DNA of 64,000 nucleotides from Marsupella aquatica (Eukaryota; Plantae; Marchantiophyta), in NCBI GenBank assembly GCA_973895155.1, contig OZ316891.1, positions 21,331,280 to 21,395,279 of the forward strand, written 5' to 3'. The notes below the pieces were generated by a model. That model saw only the letters and a program-made list of their open reading frames with translations, had not been told where the DNA came from and made no database searches. A program made the translations under genes and the position numbers. This document shows positions 49,507 through 63,142 of this stretch, piece after piece. Position 1 is the stretch's first letter. Each line of letters begins with the position of its first letter.

Positions 49507-50441
49507 CTGTCTTCCCCCGAACACAATGCCCGGGCGTTGTGTTCGAATATGGTCAAAACAAGGACTTTAGGCAAAAAAGACGTTTTCACTCAAACACTCC
49601 CGGGCGCTGTGTTCGAAATCCGCTCTTTCAACTTACAAAATCCATCGTCCTTTGAGAAATGTAAGCTAATTTCAAAATCCTTCATTCTCGAAGAAGTGTG
49701 CGCTGTTTCCAAAATGTTGAGCAGCAATCCGGAAGTATCGATATATATTCTTCTACTGTGTGAACTTTTGACAGACTTTCACATCAACCTCTGACTGATG
49801 CCACGACGTCTCGTCAAAGAAACCCATAGTGCCTACGTTCATAATTAGATCTGACTACTCACTTCTCTATTTTCAATTTTCCATTGCCTTCAAGATCAAG
49901 GCACTCGAATAGTCTCATGGACATTCCACACTGCAAGAAGAAAGATTAAATAATTATAGAAATGAGCAAATTGGCCATAGTAAACCGAACAATTGTGAAA
50001 AGTGGACGAATATGTTTTACTAAGTGATAATAGTACACTTGGTATGTATGGTTTGTCAGGTTTTATTTTCTATTGCAAATTTGATTTCTCCCCTTGTGTA
50101 ATTTCAGTGGTTCAATTATTTAGCTACACATCCTTTGAATGAGCAAATATTTTTGGGAAGTCAAAAAACCAAAACTTGAACACACTCCTCTCTGACACAC
50201 ATAACTTTTATGCATATCATTCCTTCTTACACTTTACATGCATCTCACAATGCCAAAATTCAAGCACATTACCTTAAATTTGAACACAACGCCACATTTC
50301 AGACACAGTGCCTTAAGTCCAAGAAATGGAAACATTGACTTCAAACTCAAACACAGCGCCCTGGGCGCTATATTTGAATAGAGCACCCCTTGGCTCACTA
50401 TTCGAATATAGCGCCCGGGCCTTGTGTTCGGGGGAAGACGG
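49507..50441. mobile_element. Non-autonomous Tc1/mariner-superfamily (pogo/Tc2-like) MITE, 935 bp
   Basis: TIRs C[T/C]GTCTTCCCCCGAACACAA.GCCCGGGCG.T.T.TTCGAATA at 49507 and, inverted, ending at 50441. TA on both flanks. Internal subterminal copies of cccgggcgctgtgttcgaa. No transposase ORF. Confidence 0.85.
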
Positions 50442-52511
50442 TAGTACTTCTGATTGAAGAAATATTGGGTGAGATGCATAATGATAAAAATAGTCTTTAA
50501 TATGAATTACAGTCACAGTGCGTGAGATTAGAAGAAAGCCTTGTCATGCACATGTGCACTACACCAAAGTGAAAAGCCAATCAATCTTGCACTGACCAAG
50601 GGGTTGGCCACACACTGTAGTTGCTCACTTAGCTCTAGAAAAATGACACGCAATCACTAAAATAACTCCAAATTTTACTTCGTTTGTCCTTGCTTCCCCT
50701 GGCTTCACCTTCCCCAGGTCCTAAAACAAAAACTAAAAAAACTTACCATTCCATTCACATCCAAAAAGAAAATCATTTTTCCAAAGCTCCCCTAATTATG
50801 ACTGACTCCCACTTGCCCTTTCCCAAAGAGAATAGAAAGAAATATCTCCCATCCCAGCCCTGCTAAAAGAAGCCATTTGTGCCACCCCCAATCCCCTCCC
50901 CCCCAAAAACAAATAACAATAAAAATAATAAATGAAAATGGTGACCTTTGTGCCCACCTCACAAAATACATATAAATTCCAACCATGTAATCAGTGGTTT
51001 GCCATCATTTTTAACATGGTTAAGCAAACTAAATAGAGTGGCAAAATATGTTTTTGGACAAAAACAAGATGGCCGGATAGTAGATCTTAGTAGATCTCTG
51101 ATAACATAAAAGATACCTTGCTCATCTAGAATGAGTGACTAGCCTTTATATCTCTTCGCAAAGCCAAAAAGGCAAATATGAAGGTAAACATAGTATTTGT
51201 GGAACAAGAACCCATGCTCATATCATGTTTAGAATCGGATAAGGGATAAGGCATACTGCGTTGGTTTGAGGGCACATGTTTACAGTATGTGCAGCATAAA
51301 TTGCCGATGCTGAATTCAGCAAGGGATAAGGCATACTGAGGTCATTGGTTTAAGGCCGCGTGTTATGTGCAAGTAATGATCGTAACCGTAACCTCCCCTC
51401 TTTGCGTACTTATTATGCCCATGCTCAATTGTGCCACGATGGTCTAATCACATCATTCCCTTTTAGCTTTGCTGTATCAGTTCCACTCAAGTCGGGCAGC
51501 TGCCGCATAGGACGGTATACTTACCAGTAACCCTTGGGCTAACATGCATGGGTACTCTAAAATGGTCAAATCATTATAAATAGAGTGGTTGCTTAAAATT
51601 GCCAATTGGCTAAACTAAGCCTAGCTGCCTTGCATAGGTGCAAGTTTCCCCTACTAAAAGGAGACAGGGGAGGGGAAACGGGGCAGGGAGTATATGGGCT
51701 GGTTTTTTTGTGTGGCTAAGAGCATCTCCACTAGTTACTGGGTTGGTCTATTGTAACCCTATGTTGACCAAACCCAATAAGGTTCAACAAAAAAGGCAAC
51801 CCCAATGGATTACTCTAAGGCTATTCATTTCTAACCTTACTGGGTTTCTTAGTTACTTTGACTGAATACACAATTCATTCTTGGGTTCTCCAAGATCCAA
51901 TGATCAGCATCCAGTTGTACATATGTAAGGAGATACCAAAAAAACCCATTAATCATTGGGCTTGCTTTTTGACATATCATCTACAAGACAACCTTTTATG
52001 CTATATTTAATGTATACAGTAAGCAAATAGAATGCTATAAGTTCCCTAAATAGATTCCACTCTCTGAAAAGCATTGTGCACTTTTGGCCAAAAATTGGCT
52101 AGATTTCCAGCCGTGCCACAGACCTTATTACCTTGGATCTAACAGTCATCCTTAAATCAGGGGAGATCTTATTGTCATAAATCAATCTAGAAAAGTAGAA
52201 TATTAGATAAGGATTCTTAGAATCTCCTATGCACGCAACATGACCCTTAAACCTTTACGCTGGGCATTTTCCGGCTTGTATAAATTCATCATGTTAGAAC
52301 CATTTCTTCCACTTGATTATTGATTTCATGCAACCAGCCTCGTGATGATGTAGTTCTCGTGATTTAGTTCCTGCATTATAAGGAAAGCCCACAACAGAAT
52401 TATGCAGACGTTGGCTTAGCATGAGTGCCGTTGTTAAATAGTATCAGACGCTTGAAATCAGGAAAGTCAAATGTTTGCAATCTGAGAGAAACAACAATTC
52501 TTAGAATTCCC

Positions 52512-54135
52512 ATGACTTGTCGCAGTTGTTCAAGAGAGATCCGAGTTGCGTCGATCAAAAGAGGACCGGGGAGAATGATGGGGAAATCGAAATGCTCGGT
52601 GACATTGCGGCCTCCAATTCGAGTTGTGTGTTCTGGTCTGAAGATATTCAGCTTCTTCTTCTTGACATTGGGATTGGGAGCGCAGGCTGCATTGGAGTTC
52701 CCATGCAAGGAGCTCCAGGATGAATACTCGTTTTGCGACCGAGGTATGTCCGATGAAGAGAGAGTGGCGGATTTGGTGACGATGCTCACCACGACGGAGA
52801 AGATCGGATTGCTCGTGAACAGCGCGACCGCAGTGCCGAGGTTGGGCATCCCGCACTACGAGTGGTGGAACGAGGGACTCCATGGCGTCGCTTATAGCCC
52901 TGGAGTGTCCTTCAGCGGCCCCGTCTTCGCCGCGACCTCGTTCCCGCAGCCCATTCTGAGTGCGGCATCGTTCAATCGCTCGCTATGGAACGCGATCGCG
53001 CAAACGGTGTCGACCGAGGCACGTGCGTTTCACAACCTTGGACAGTCCGGGCTCACGTTCTGGACACCAAACATCAATCTCTTCCGAGATCCGAGGTGGG
53101 GCCGCGGCCAAGAGACGCCCGGCGAAGACCCGCTCCTCACGAGCTTGTATGCTGAATTCTTCGTGCGAGGGCTGCAGGAAGACGGGAAATACAATGGTGA
53201 CGCCACGAAGCCGGCTCCCGACCGGCTCAAGGTCTCCGCCTGCTGCAAGCATTTCACTGCGTACGACCTCGATGCGTGGGAGGGCGTGGAACGATATGGA
53301 TTCGATGCCGTGGTAAGTAATGAAGCGTTCCTTCGATGCAGGATCCGTCACACTCTCTACTTACGGCCTATCTCATGAACCTTTGCGTTGGTGGTCTCAC
53401 ATGGTTTCAACGTCGATTTCCTGCATCTGCTGTTCACGTGAATTTGTGATGATTGGTTTATTTGCTGGAGTCCGCTTGGATGATACAGTAGTGCGCCGTC
53501 AACCCACCGACTCAGTTATTCTTGATCGTTATTCTCATACAAAGTTTTCGTTCAAAAAGCTGTCAGCATAATTAGAAAAGATTTCTAAGCTTGAACTTCA
53601 GCTGATGGAGCTCAGAAAATGTTTTCATGCTGATTCACCTCTGCGCGCACACAGTCGCTTTCACTTTTCTCAATATTTTATACTTTCTCATTTGATTGCC
53701 ATGAACGTAACAAGGCCAAGCAAGCTGCAGTCGTGCCTCACCTTTCTCTGTGGTCCCCGCTGTCTCATCAGTCGAGCCTCATACTCATCTATTTTGTACT
53801 CCCCACTGCTTACCGGATTTGACAGCTGATTATTATAATTCTAGGCGGATAGGTACTTGACGTTGAAACCGTCTTCAGATTTAATTTGACTCTTGGTCAA
53901 CTTTGATCACGCAGGTCAGTCAGCAAGACCTCGACGATTCCTTCAACCCTCCATTCAAAGCCTGCATCCAGAACGGCCAAGCAAGCGGCCTCATGTGTTC
54001 ATACAATTCTGTGAACGGTGTGCCATCATGTGCTAATAAAGCTCTCCTTACTTCTTTGGCTAGAAACACCTGGGGATTTGACGGGTATGTATGAATCCCG
54101 CTTCCGAGATTAATATTCCTCTCATATCCGACAGT

Positions 54136-54178
<43 letters not shown>

Positions 54179-57152
54179 ACCTGCAATCCCTTTCTAGCGC
54201 TACATTATTATGTTCTCTCTCATATCGATGTATATTCCATTATTCATTACCTTTGTTTCTCACGTGGTCCTCTCCGCTGTCCTTGCACGCGGCGAAACTA
54301 GCGGTAAAAACTCCGATTTGCAACTTTGACCTCCAAGAGTCTTAAGGCATTTCATCACATGGTTTTCGGGGCTCTCTCCCTCGGTTTTCCTCGGGGATTT
54401 GCGCATCAGGCCTCTGCGGCCATAGGGTCCTCTGTTGCTTCGGATGTTCTTGATGGCTTTTGAAAAGTTGACTCTTGGTTCGATCATCTTGGTCATGTCT
54501 TAATAAAAACCTATCTAAATAGTTTGACTGTTCATGAGTTTCTTACACTCAGTGAAATTTCGCATGTCAGGTACGTGGTGTCGGACTGTGATGCTGTGCA
54601 AAATGTATACGCCAATCACTATTACACTACTCCCGAGGGATCTGTGGCGGTGACGCTGAAGGCGGGTGAGGCCTACATTTCTAAATTCTAGAGTCAGCTT
54701 CGATGTCTTTAAAATGGACGGATTTCCGGGATTTGGAACATCTACGATACATAGTTAAGCTACTGTCAAATCGTTGATTGCAGGAATGGATATAAACTGC
54801 GGCGAGACATTAGCGACTTACACAGAGGCTGCGCTTGAGCAGAAGCTCATTAGCCTGTACGATATCGACAAGGCGATGACTCACTCATTTGCCGTGCAGT
54901 TCCGCCTGGGCTTGTTCGACGGCAACCCGCTGGATCAAGACTTCGGCAGCCTCGGAGCATCGGATGTATGCACAGACAAGCACCAGCAACTAGCTCTCGA
55001 AGCTGCTCTGCAAAGTATTGTGCTCCTGAAGAATGACGATCATACGCTTCCGTTATTTCCGGCGGATGTTTATGACCTGGTAGTCATCGGCCCAAATGCA
55101 AATGACAATCTCAACACGATGGTGGGGAATTATGCAGGTATTTTATAATTTAGCGGGCCTAACTCCGCCTCCGCTTCCTCCACCTAAAACTTCAAAATGT
55201 ATAAACGTTCTACATATCTTGAGGAGTGGGCTCGATTGCATGCATTGAAAACGAACATGTCTGACCTGTCGTGCTCGTGATCGCTTTTGACCTGCAGAGT
55301 GCGGAGCTTGTTACTGATTAATAACTGCGCGTTTCTTCCCTGCTTGCGTGCAGCATGAATTCCAAAACTTGCTGAGTCTGTACAAAAGGCAAAGTTCTCC
55401 CAGGGGACAGTTGTCCAAAATGAATGCTCAAGTATTTTCATTTGGACAACTCCTGACACGGGAGCACTTTAAATTAGTTCGAGTCATGACCGAAAATTTC
55501 TAGCTTTAATGAGAAGTCAAACAGAAATTACCTCACTAGTGGGTGTGCATTTGCTCTTTACCCAAAGCATTCTGTGGTCTGCCTATTCTCTCCCGACAGT
55601 TTCCTGATCGTCATGATATGTGTGTGACCGTGCACAGGGAACCCATGCAAATACGTGACCCCCTTACAAGGTCTAGAAGACTACCATCGGAACAAGGATG
55701 GGACCACGGTATATGTGGCTGGATGTTCCGACACGGCTTGCGAGACTGCGGACATCAATGCCGCAAGAGCGGCTGTAGTTGATACAAATGTGATCATAAT
55801 TGTTGTCGGACTCGCCCTTGAACAGGAGAGGGAAGCCTTCGACCGCACGGACCTCCTTTTGCCGGGCAAGCAGCAGGAGCTTGTCGAAGCGCTAGCCGAC
55901 AGCGCCGCAGGGCGCCCTGTGGTGCTCGTCGTGATGAGCGGCGGGTGTGTGGATATTTCTTTTGCTCAAGATGATCCGAGGATCGGGGCTATTCTGTGGA
56001 TTGGGTACCCAGGTGAAGCTGGTGGCACTGCGTTGGCCCAGATTATTTTCGGTGAGACAAATCCAGGTAATTAATTGATACTCTTAGCTGACATATGAAG
56101 CTCTGCATGTTGTAATATAAATTCCCATCAGCGATTACGTACATTTCACGCCCACAGTCCACTTTCTCCACATCTTGCTGTCATGTTAGAGCAGGTGCTT
56201 ATCGAGTTTTACTGATTTAATGGGCCCCGGCAATCTCTAAGGATTCGTTTCAGTCTTCGACCATTCTAAGTAAACAAAAGTTTGGTTATGAATTTGATTA
56301 GGCTAAGAAATACTCAACTGCTCGAAGTCGTGAGCTGTGACTGATTTGGTACATAAAAACCTTTTCGTGCATTGTACGTGGAAACTTCTGGCAATGGAAG
56401 AACTCACTGTCTTGATGAATGAGTTCTAGGTACTGCAGCTTCGTTTCGCATGGAGTGTAGTCAAACCTTCAGATTACCTTCGACTGATTTTTCTTTACAA
56501 TGCCTCAGGTGGGAAGCTCCCTAGTACCTGGTATCGGAACGAGCTCACATCTGCCTGGGCGATGACAAGGATGGACATGAGGCCGGATGCGTCGACAGGC
56601 TATCCAGGCCGGACATACCGCTTCTACACGGGCGAACCGATCTACGAATTCGGCCACGGTCTGAGCTACACCGAATTTGTCCTTTCCTTCGTCGAGGGCA
56701 CCACTGGGCCGTTCGCTTCTCCCACCGCTGAACAGCTACGCTGTGGAGCACCTAACACTGGACTCACCCCTCTGAATTGTGCCGTCATGGATGCGCAGTT
56801 CTGTTCGAACCTGGAGTTCCAAGTGCAGGTGCGTGTCTCGATCATGGATCAAGGAAATCTCAACGGTTTTGGACCTGTTCCCGATGCAATTCTGCTCTAC
56901 GTGATCATCCCGGGGGCGGGCCAGAACGGATTGCCGATCAAGCAGCTCGTGGACTTCGAGAGGGTGCTCGTCGATGCGAGGGGAACTAATAGTCTCGTGG
57001 AATTTACCGTCAAGCCCTGCAAGCAGTTCGCAGTCGTCGCTCCCGTTGATGGCAGCGACACATCGACGGCTGCGGTCTTCCTTGACGGCGTTTACACCCT
57101 CTCCGTCAACGGTGTAGTTGAACGCAGCGTTGAGTTTTCCAGTGGCCGTTAG
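52512..57152 (+). CDS. BXL: GH3 beta-D-xylosidase/alpha-L-arabinofuranosidase (BXL family)
   Basis: Exons 52512 (or 52575)-53312, 53915-54084, 54571-54665, 54784-55137, 55638-56066 and 56509-57152. Motifs [63 protein letters not shown] (nucleophile Asp), QEREAFDR and [10 protein letters not shown] hydrophobic signal-like segment precedes the domain. Confidence 0.95.
54141..54175. repeat. (TA)n microsatellite in BXL intron 2
   Basis: Direct reading of the sequence. Confidence 0.95.
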
Positions 57153-57161
57153 TTTTCTGAT

Positions 57162-57270
57162 GGTGGATTTTACCGTCGACCTCTGCAAGCATTTCACCGT
57201 CGTCACAACCATAGATCGCAATGACGGCTGCAGTCTTCCTTGACGGCGCTTACACCCCTCTCCTGTCAAC
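57162..57270 (+). repeat. Degenerate tandem copy of the last ~110 coding bp of BXL
   Basis: gtgga.tttaccgtc...ctgcaagca...gacggctgc.gtcttccttgacggcg.ttacaccc...gtcaac matches 56997-57110. Confidence 0.85.
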
Positions 57271-58689
57271 AGGGGAGTCGAGAAACAATGTTTACTACGC
57301 TTTGGAGGTGATGCTGCAGCAGTGTTCTGGTCCTGACCATTGAAGTATGTCTAGGTTCATAGTTTGAGCACTCCCACCAGTGCTCCACCAATGTGCCCCC
57401 TCATCGGGGAGTTCAGGTGAGCTAGCTTGTGCCTTCGAGAAGTGCTGATGACCTTTCCCGCCCTTCCCACCTTTCTGAGCTGAAGCATCTCTGCAAATAG
57501 TGCTGCATAGACATTCGACCAAATTTAAGAAGGCCGATTGAAATCGTCCATAGGTCTTGGCAGGCTGTATCGAGCTAAATTGTGGAGCGTAGGATTCCCG
57601 GCCTCAGTTAAAAAACCAACATTGAGCTACGACGCTCAGCCGCGCAGACAGGGGCATGGTTGGGGTTCCAAAACTGGGCTCACGGGCTCTTCCAGGGTAC
57701 TTACTCCCAGCTGGGCTCAATAGTGGACTTGTGGGAGTGCTCTTAGTTTGTAGGTTATGGTCTAAGTCCATAGGCTATTTTCAAGGTTAACTTTCTATGT
57801 TGATAGGCTAGTTAGTTAGAGGTTATTGTAAAGACATTGAAGTGGACACCCTGGTGACATGTTTTGACAATAACCTCAATTATTGAAAACTGACAGTTTC
57901 AGTATATGAGGAAGTCAATTATGAAAGACCTCAACTGTTTTGGAACAGTTAAAAAATAAAACTTACCTCTCTACTCGACATAATGCTACTTATTCAAACC
58001 TTACACAAATGATGTAGTCTTGTTCACAAGGATAACAAAATTGCTTTCCATAGTATCATTGATGGTGATGTGTGACGATTCGTAGCAGAAGGGCGGAAGC
58101 CATCCTAATACTTGTCATAGGCGTAAAGGAGTTGTTCTTGAGGGTGGAAGCCATTCTAATACTTGCCATGTGTAAAGAGTCGTTCTTAGACCGGTGTGGT
58201 CTGAAATTTGTTTGTCCGTCCCGCAATGCCAGAATTTGAACACAGAGGATATCCGAAGATCACTATTCGTGCAATTTCACAATTTTATTTGTTTGTGACA
58301 CTAAAAGCTTTGATCTCATCTCATCATCTATAAAGCACACTACAGAATCCAAGAGCAGGAAACGCTCTGATCGATTCTTCAGCTATACCAGAAGGTACTC
58401 GGTTGGAGTTTGTCACTGTAGCATTGTCGAGCGTGTTCATCACGGATTGAAGGGCCTTTCTAAAACGAGAGTAAGATCAAATCAAACAATCCCATCCGTC
58501 TAAAGTTAGGGCTGTATGATGGCAGAGGCCTCAGCAATGTGTCCGGGTTGTAGAGCAATGCGACACCTGGTATTTGCTCATAAAAATGCAGAATGATGTG
58601 TAGCATCACTTATGCTGTCAGAACTTGGATGCATTGTTTCCCGCATTCATGTAGATGACTAATAAGGAGTTGTGCCAAAAACGGAAGAG

Positions 58690-61214
58690 GCATGTGAGAA
58701 CCTTAAAAAAATTGGGCAGTTTTCGTCGATCTCAATTTTTAATGGGAACATCTTCCCTGGGCACCGAGTGGCGGAGAAATTCTCAACACTAGGATAGTGA
58801 CAGAGCAACTGCTACATTGCTAATATTTGAATCAGCTCTAGAGTCCCAGGATTGGACTGCAAAGATGGGAGGTCCAAGATGTTTCCTAAGGCTTCGACAA
58901 TTAGCGAAACTACAGGTCGGAGTCAGTCACCTTCCCATTGGAAAAGAGGTGCATCATGTATGCCTGCACATCGACAGACCAGTTTTGTGAAATTCAATAG
59001 TATAACTTGAAAGCATTAGGATGTCGTCTTACAATAATGAAGAATCTCATGTTTGCCGTGTCCCACAAATCTGCTACTAAAATAAATCTCAAAGCGCGAA
59101 CAAAGCTTGTGGTGAGTTCTCGTCGCTCATTCACTGGTACCAAGCCCCACACTTTTGAGGGTTTTAAAAACACTTGATTGGTGTCTAAACGAGCGCTACT
59201 CTAAAGCTGTTCAGTAGAGCTAATTATGCTCTCTACGTCTTCGACTCTCTCCAGCATGAATCCAAAGTTCTTCTGCCTTAACAGAACCTTTGCTCCACAG
59301 AGCTTGTATGTAAGAGAGGTGTAGACTTTCCCTAACAACATCCCCGCCCCCGACCCCATTCTTTGCCTCGCTTCAACTTGTTTCGTTTTAGGCTTATTTC
59401 CACATTTGGTGCCGCCATACTTCAGAGAAAAAGAAAATTTTGAAAGAATAGGAGCCGGGATAATGAGGAAAACTTAAAGAATGATAAGAACATGGAGATT
59501 TTCCTTGGCGTTCGAAATGCTTTGACATAATGCCAAAATCTAATGGGCCCCAGTCATCATCCTCAAATATATTACCCAGGGCCGATTTATACAACTGAAA
59601 AACACCCCAAAAGGACAAATGCTCCATTTGAGATTAGTAAAACGTTTCTGAAATTTTCTATTCAGATCCATGAATCTGAGACAGCAGAGTCAACTCCGTC
59701 TAAGGCCTCTTAAGTAACTCACATCGCCATCTGAAAGGATGATACTTGATCAAATGGAAGCCGTAGGGCAAAGGAGTACTGAGCTGGGGTATGCAACAGA
59801 ATTCTAAATTCCGACTAGGACATGATCCAAGTGACTGTCTTTTGCCTACATGAGCGCATGAAAAGAAAATAGCTATGACCGAATTTGTCATAGATCAAAT
59901 TTGCGAACCCCTTCTTCTCTGTTGGACATGATTCGATGATTGCAGTTATCCTAATTTCTGTCAATGCACATGGCCTTAAGGGTTTAAGATTTTTTTGAAA
60001 TCCCCTCACCTGTATAAATGACTCAAATTTGTTGTCAAGCTCAGTTTTCTGCTGCAAGGGATGGGCATTTCCTTCATGGAGAATGGTTTGCAAGAGTCAA
60101 TCAGAGTACTGAAGCACCAGTTGGTGCACTTTGCACAGGTGAGTCTCTATCACACTCTGTTCACTATGGACCATTCCAACTGACAGGCACGCACTACGCA
60201 CCTGGTACTTTAGAGCTAGTACAGTTCACTACTTGAAATCTATTGAGATACCTTGTACTAGCTTAGAGGTTTGCTAGTTGCATTCTTGGTAACTTCTTAA
60301 ATTGCTGGAATATTCATTTTTATGCATTTACGCTCGCTTCAGTGTCTCTCAAACCTGTTTGTACCTCAACTCCATCAACCCAGGGAACAGAACCTGTAAA
60401 TGAAAGCGTAGAGCAGACACTGCAGAATGAGTACAGTAGAGACCACATATTCGTGAAACATTTCGTCGAAGATGAACACTCTACTGTAACTAGTTTGGTG
60501 TACATCTTCAAATTAAGTCCGGATGGTAATACCTGACCTTTCTTGTGATTGTCATCGCAGATGCTGAACTACTCCAGTATATTTTATTCACCGGGCTGAT
60601 TGCACTTGCAGATTGGAAACTGCGCTACCAATATCCTGAGCTATCCAGACCTTTCAGGGTGCCACTCCATCCATGTCTGAACGTGATTGTTATCAGTACA
60701 AGCGCGTATGTATCTCAAACCGACATACCCTTGTGATAACTTGAAGCAAAATAATGCTCGCTACTTGTCATTGAGAAATGCACCCATCATTTACTGAGAT
60801 CCCATCACAAGTTGCAACAACGTCATAATAGTGCTCTTACTACTGCAAAGGAATTTAGGACTCACGCGTTTTGAAGCCATATCACGAGCACTAAGGACTA
60901 GCGTAAACTTGGGAAGGCAAGTGAGTTTCAGGAGAGAAAGGGGCTCGACTCAAAGAATTAGAAACTGCTCATTGTTAATTGGAAAGTTCCATAAATATGA
61001 TTAATATTGCCACTTGATTAACTCCAGTGGTTTCTTGTATGTATCCCTGATGTGCCCCAGGTACATGATTGTAACTACGATTGTGGCAGACCCTATTCCG
61101 ACCATTGGATCTCTGATCTTTTGCCTTTCATCCTTTCCAGTGTACCACATAGTTTTCAAGAAAACAAAGTCGAAAAGTCTTCCAGATCATAATAATGTGG
61201 CACTGCTTAGCTGA
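58690..61214 (+). pseudogene. Decayed APC-superfamily (LAT/SLC7-like) amino-acid permease
   Basis: Fragments in the expected order: LKKIGQFSSISIFNGNI (TM1-like, ~58702), FSAARDGH...FARVNQSTEAPVGAL (60044-60138), MLNY then frameshift to LFTGLIALADWKLRYQYPELSRPFRVP (60561-60705), and YMIVTTIVADPIPTIGSLIFCLSSFPVY (61061-61214). Most central exons are not identifiable. Confidence 0.65.
59480..59600 (-). pseudogene. Isolated fragment of an unrelated conserved plant gene, antisense within the permease remnant
   Basis: YKSALGNIFEDDDWGPLDFGIMSKHFERQGKSPCSYH looks like a conserved land-plant protein motif that I cannot name. No other exons seen. Confidence 0.4.
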
Positions 61215-62035
61215 TCAATTACTTACTGAAGGTCTTCAGGACCAGGTGATTCTTGCTGTTAACATACACTGTTTCTACAAATTCTTCCCTTGTTGCAGGT
61301 GTCTTTGTACATTCTTAGTTCACAAGCTCTCACGGGGAGTCAGCCGAGGGAGCGAGCAGAAATCTTACTTCGTTGCAGCATCCTGACCTTAATGATCCAG
61401 GTGAAGAATTCGGGTCAAGGTCTTACCTGAGATTGTACCAAAGATATTCAAATTTTGAAGGAATGTCTTCGACCTAGCCTTCGTTAAAAAATTAGCTTCA
61501 GCTATTGCAATTCACGCGTCTCTTTCAAGAATTTCCCTGGCTGATGAGTGTATTGCGCATCTCGTTTCTATTTAATGCACGCTTCCTTAACGGATGAACA
61601 GAAGTAGGTAAGTACCTTCTCTACATGATATGAACGCCACCATTCATAGGCTATGATGACTGAGCAAGACGAAAAATGTACATCACAACCCTAAAGATAT
61701 GTGCTAATTTATTCGTAAAGAACATGACACCGTCTTGACGGCTGCCAACCTGTGCAAAATTCCCAGCCCCAAGGATGATACATACAAAGTATTTGGATTC
61801 TGGAAACTATATTCCTCGGGCCCAGGGAGAGAAACATTTCCACACATGCTACTCTGATGCTTATTACCCCAGTTAAAATGCGACCCTGATACTCATAAAC
61901 AACAGAAAAGGATTTCTGACCTATTCTCATGACTCGCAGCGCATTCCAGTGAACTAATGCATTCCCTTCAAAAATACAAAAACCATGCCATTACGAGGAA
62001 ATGGGCTTCAAGTTGAGACGCACGCGAACAAAAAC

Positions 62036-63142
62036 TTAGACCTTTTTAATAATTTGGACAACGTCTTCATCTTCAAGTTGATGATCCCTGCCTACTCTTT
62101 GTGGCTTGTGTTTTGCACTTGAGCCCCAGACAAGTGCATACTTGAAATGCTTGACCATATCCTTGTGTATACGCTGACAAAAGTCATCCACTGTACACTT
62201 CTTCGCTGATAGAATGACAGGATCTTCATAATCAGGACTTGCTCCTTTAGGCTTGGTGTAGACGCGAATCAAATCGAGGTACTCCCATATTTTTTCCAAA
62301 ACGCCATCTAAATTCCACTCCAAGTGCGCGCTAACAGGACAGTAATGCGGCAACTTGTCGAGAATCTCCAACTCTTCGATCGTCACTTGATCAATCTTGT
62401 TGACCACATAGATACACGGCATGTAGATTCTGTTTCCTTCAATAACGTCAATGAGATCATCTGCTGTAGCATCATATTTGAGTGATATGTCCGCATTATG
62501 GATTTTATATTCACCGCAAATAGCCTTAACAGTGTCAATATCTAGGTGAGTGTTGGACACAGTTGAAGTAAAATTGATGCCACCTTTGTCCTTCCGCCTA
62601 AACGTCAAATTGGGAGGCTCCGAGTTCAACCTGATGCCGAATCCTTCCAGCTCCTTCTCTATGAGTCGCTTGTGGGTTATAGGCTTGATGGCATCCAACA
62701 CGATCAGAATACAATTGCAAGTTCGTGCAGTACTGATAACCTGTCTTCCACGCCCTTTCCCATCTTTTGCTCCTTCAATAATCCCCGGAAGATCCAGCAG
62801 CTGGACTTTTGCCCCCCTGTACTTGATGACGCCAGGAACGCAAGTGAGGGTGGTAAACTCATAGGAGGCCACCTCAGAGAATGTCCCCGTCAGCTTATTG
62901 AGCAGAGTAGATTTTCCAACGGAAGGAAATCCCACTAACCCTACTCTGGAATCCCCACTCTTCGTCACATCAAACCCTTCCCCAGCTCCGCCCCCCTTGG
63001 ACGATGACGGAGCCAGAATCTCCCTTCTCAGCTTGGCCAACTTCGCCTTCAGCAGCCCTAGATGATGCGCCGTGGCCTTGTTCTTCTGCGTTCTGGCCAT
63101 CTCATCTTCGATATCCTTGATTTTCATAAGTACCGTCGCCAT
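62036..63142 (-). CDS. DRG1: Developmentally regulated GTP-binding protein, DRG1 type (OBG family, TGS domain), 368 aa, single coding exon
   Basis: [25 protein letters not shown]1 GFPSVGKS, G2 YEFTTLT, G3 DLPG, G4 NKID and C-terminal [13 protein letters not shown]. Confidence 0.97.
   Translation of the reverse strand: MATVLMKIKDIEDEMARTQKNKATAHHLGLLKAKLAKLRREILAPSSSKGGGAGEGFDVTKSGDSRVGLVGFPSVGKSTLLNKLTGTFSEVASYEFTTLTCVPGVIKYRGAKVQLLDLPGIIEGAKDGKGRGRQVISTARTCNCILIVLDAIKPITHKRLIEKELEGFGIRLNSEPPNLTFRRKDKGGINFTSTVSNTHLDIDTVKAICGEYKIHNADISLKYDATADDLIDVIEGNRIYMPCIYVVNKIDQVTIEELEILDKLPHYCPVSAHLEWNLDGVLEKIWEYLDLIRVYTKPKGASPDYEDPVILSAKKCTVDDFCQRIHKDMVKHFKYALVWGSSAKHKPQRVGRDHQLEDEDVVQIIKKV

Noticed and set aside
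51717-52175. TAA-GAGCATCTCCA Tourist/PIF-like terminus
   Set aside because: No convincing matching inverted end was found nearby.
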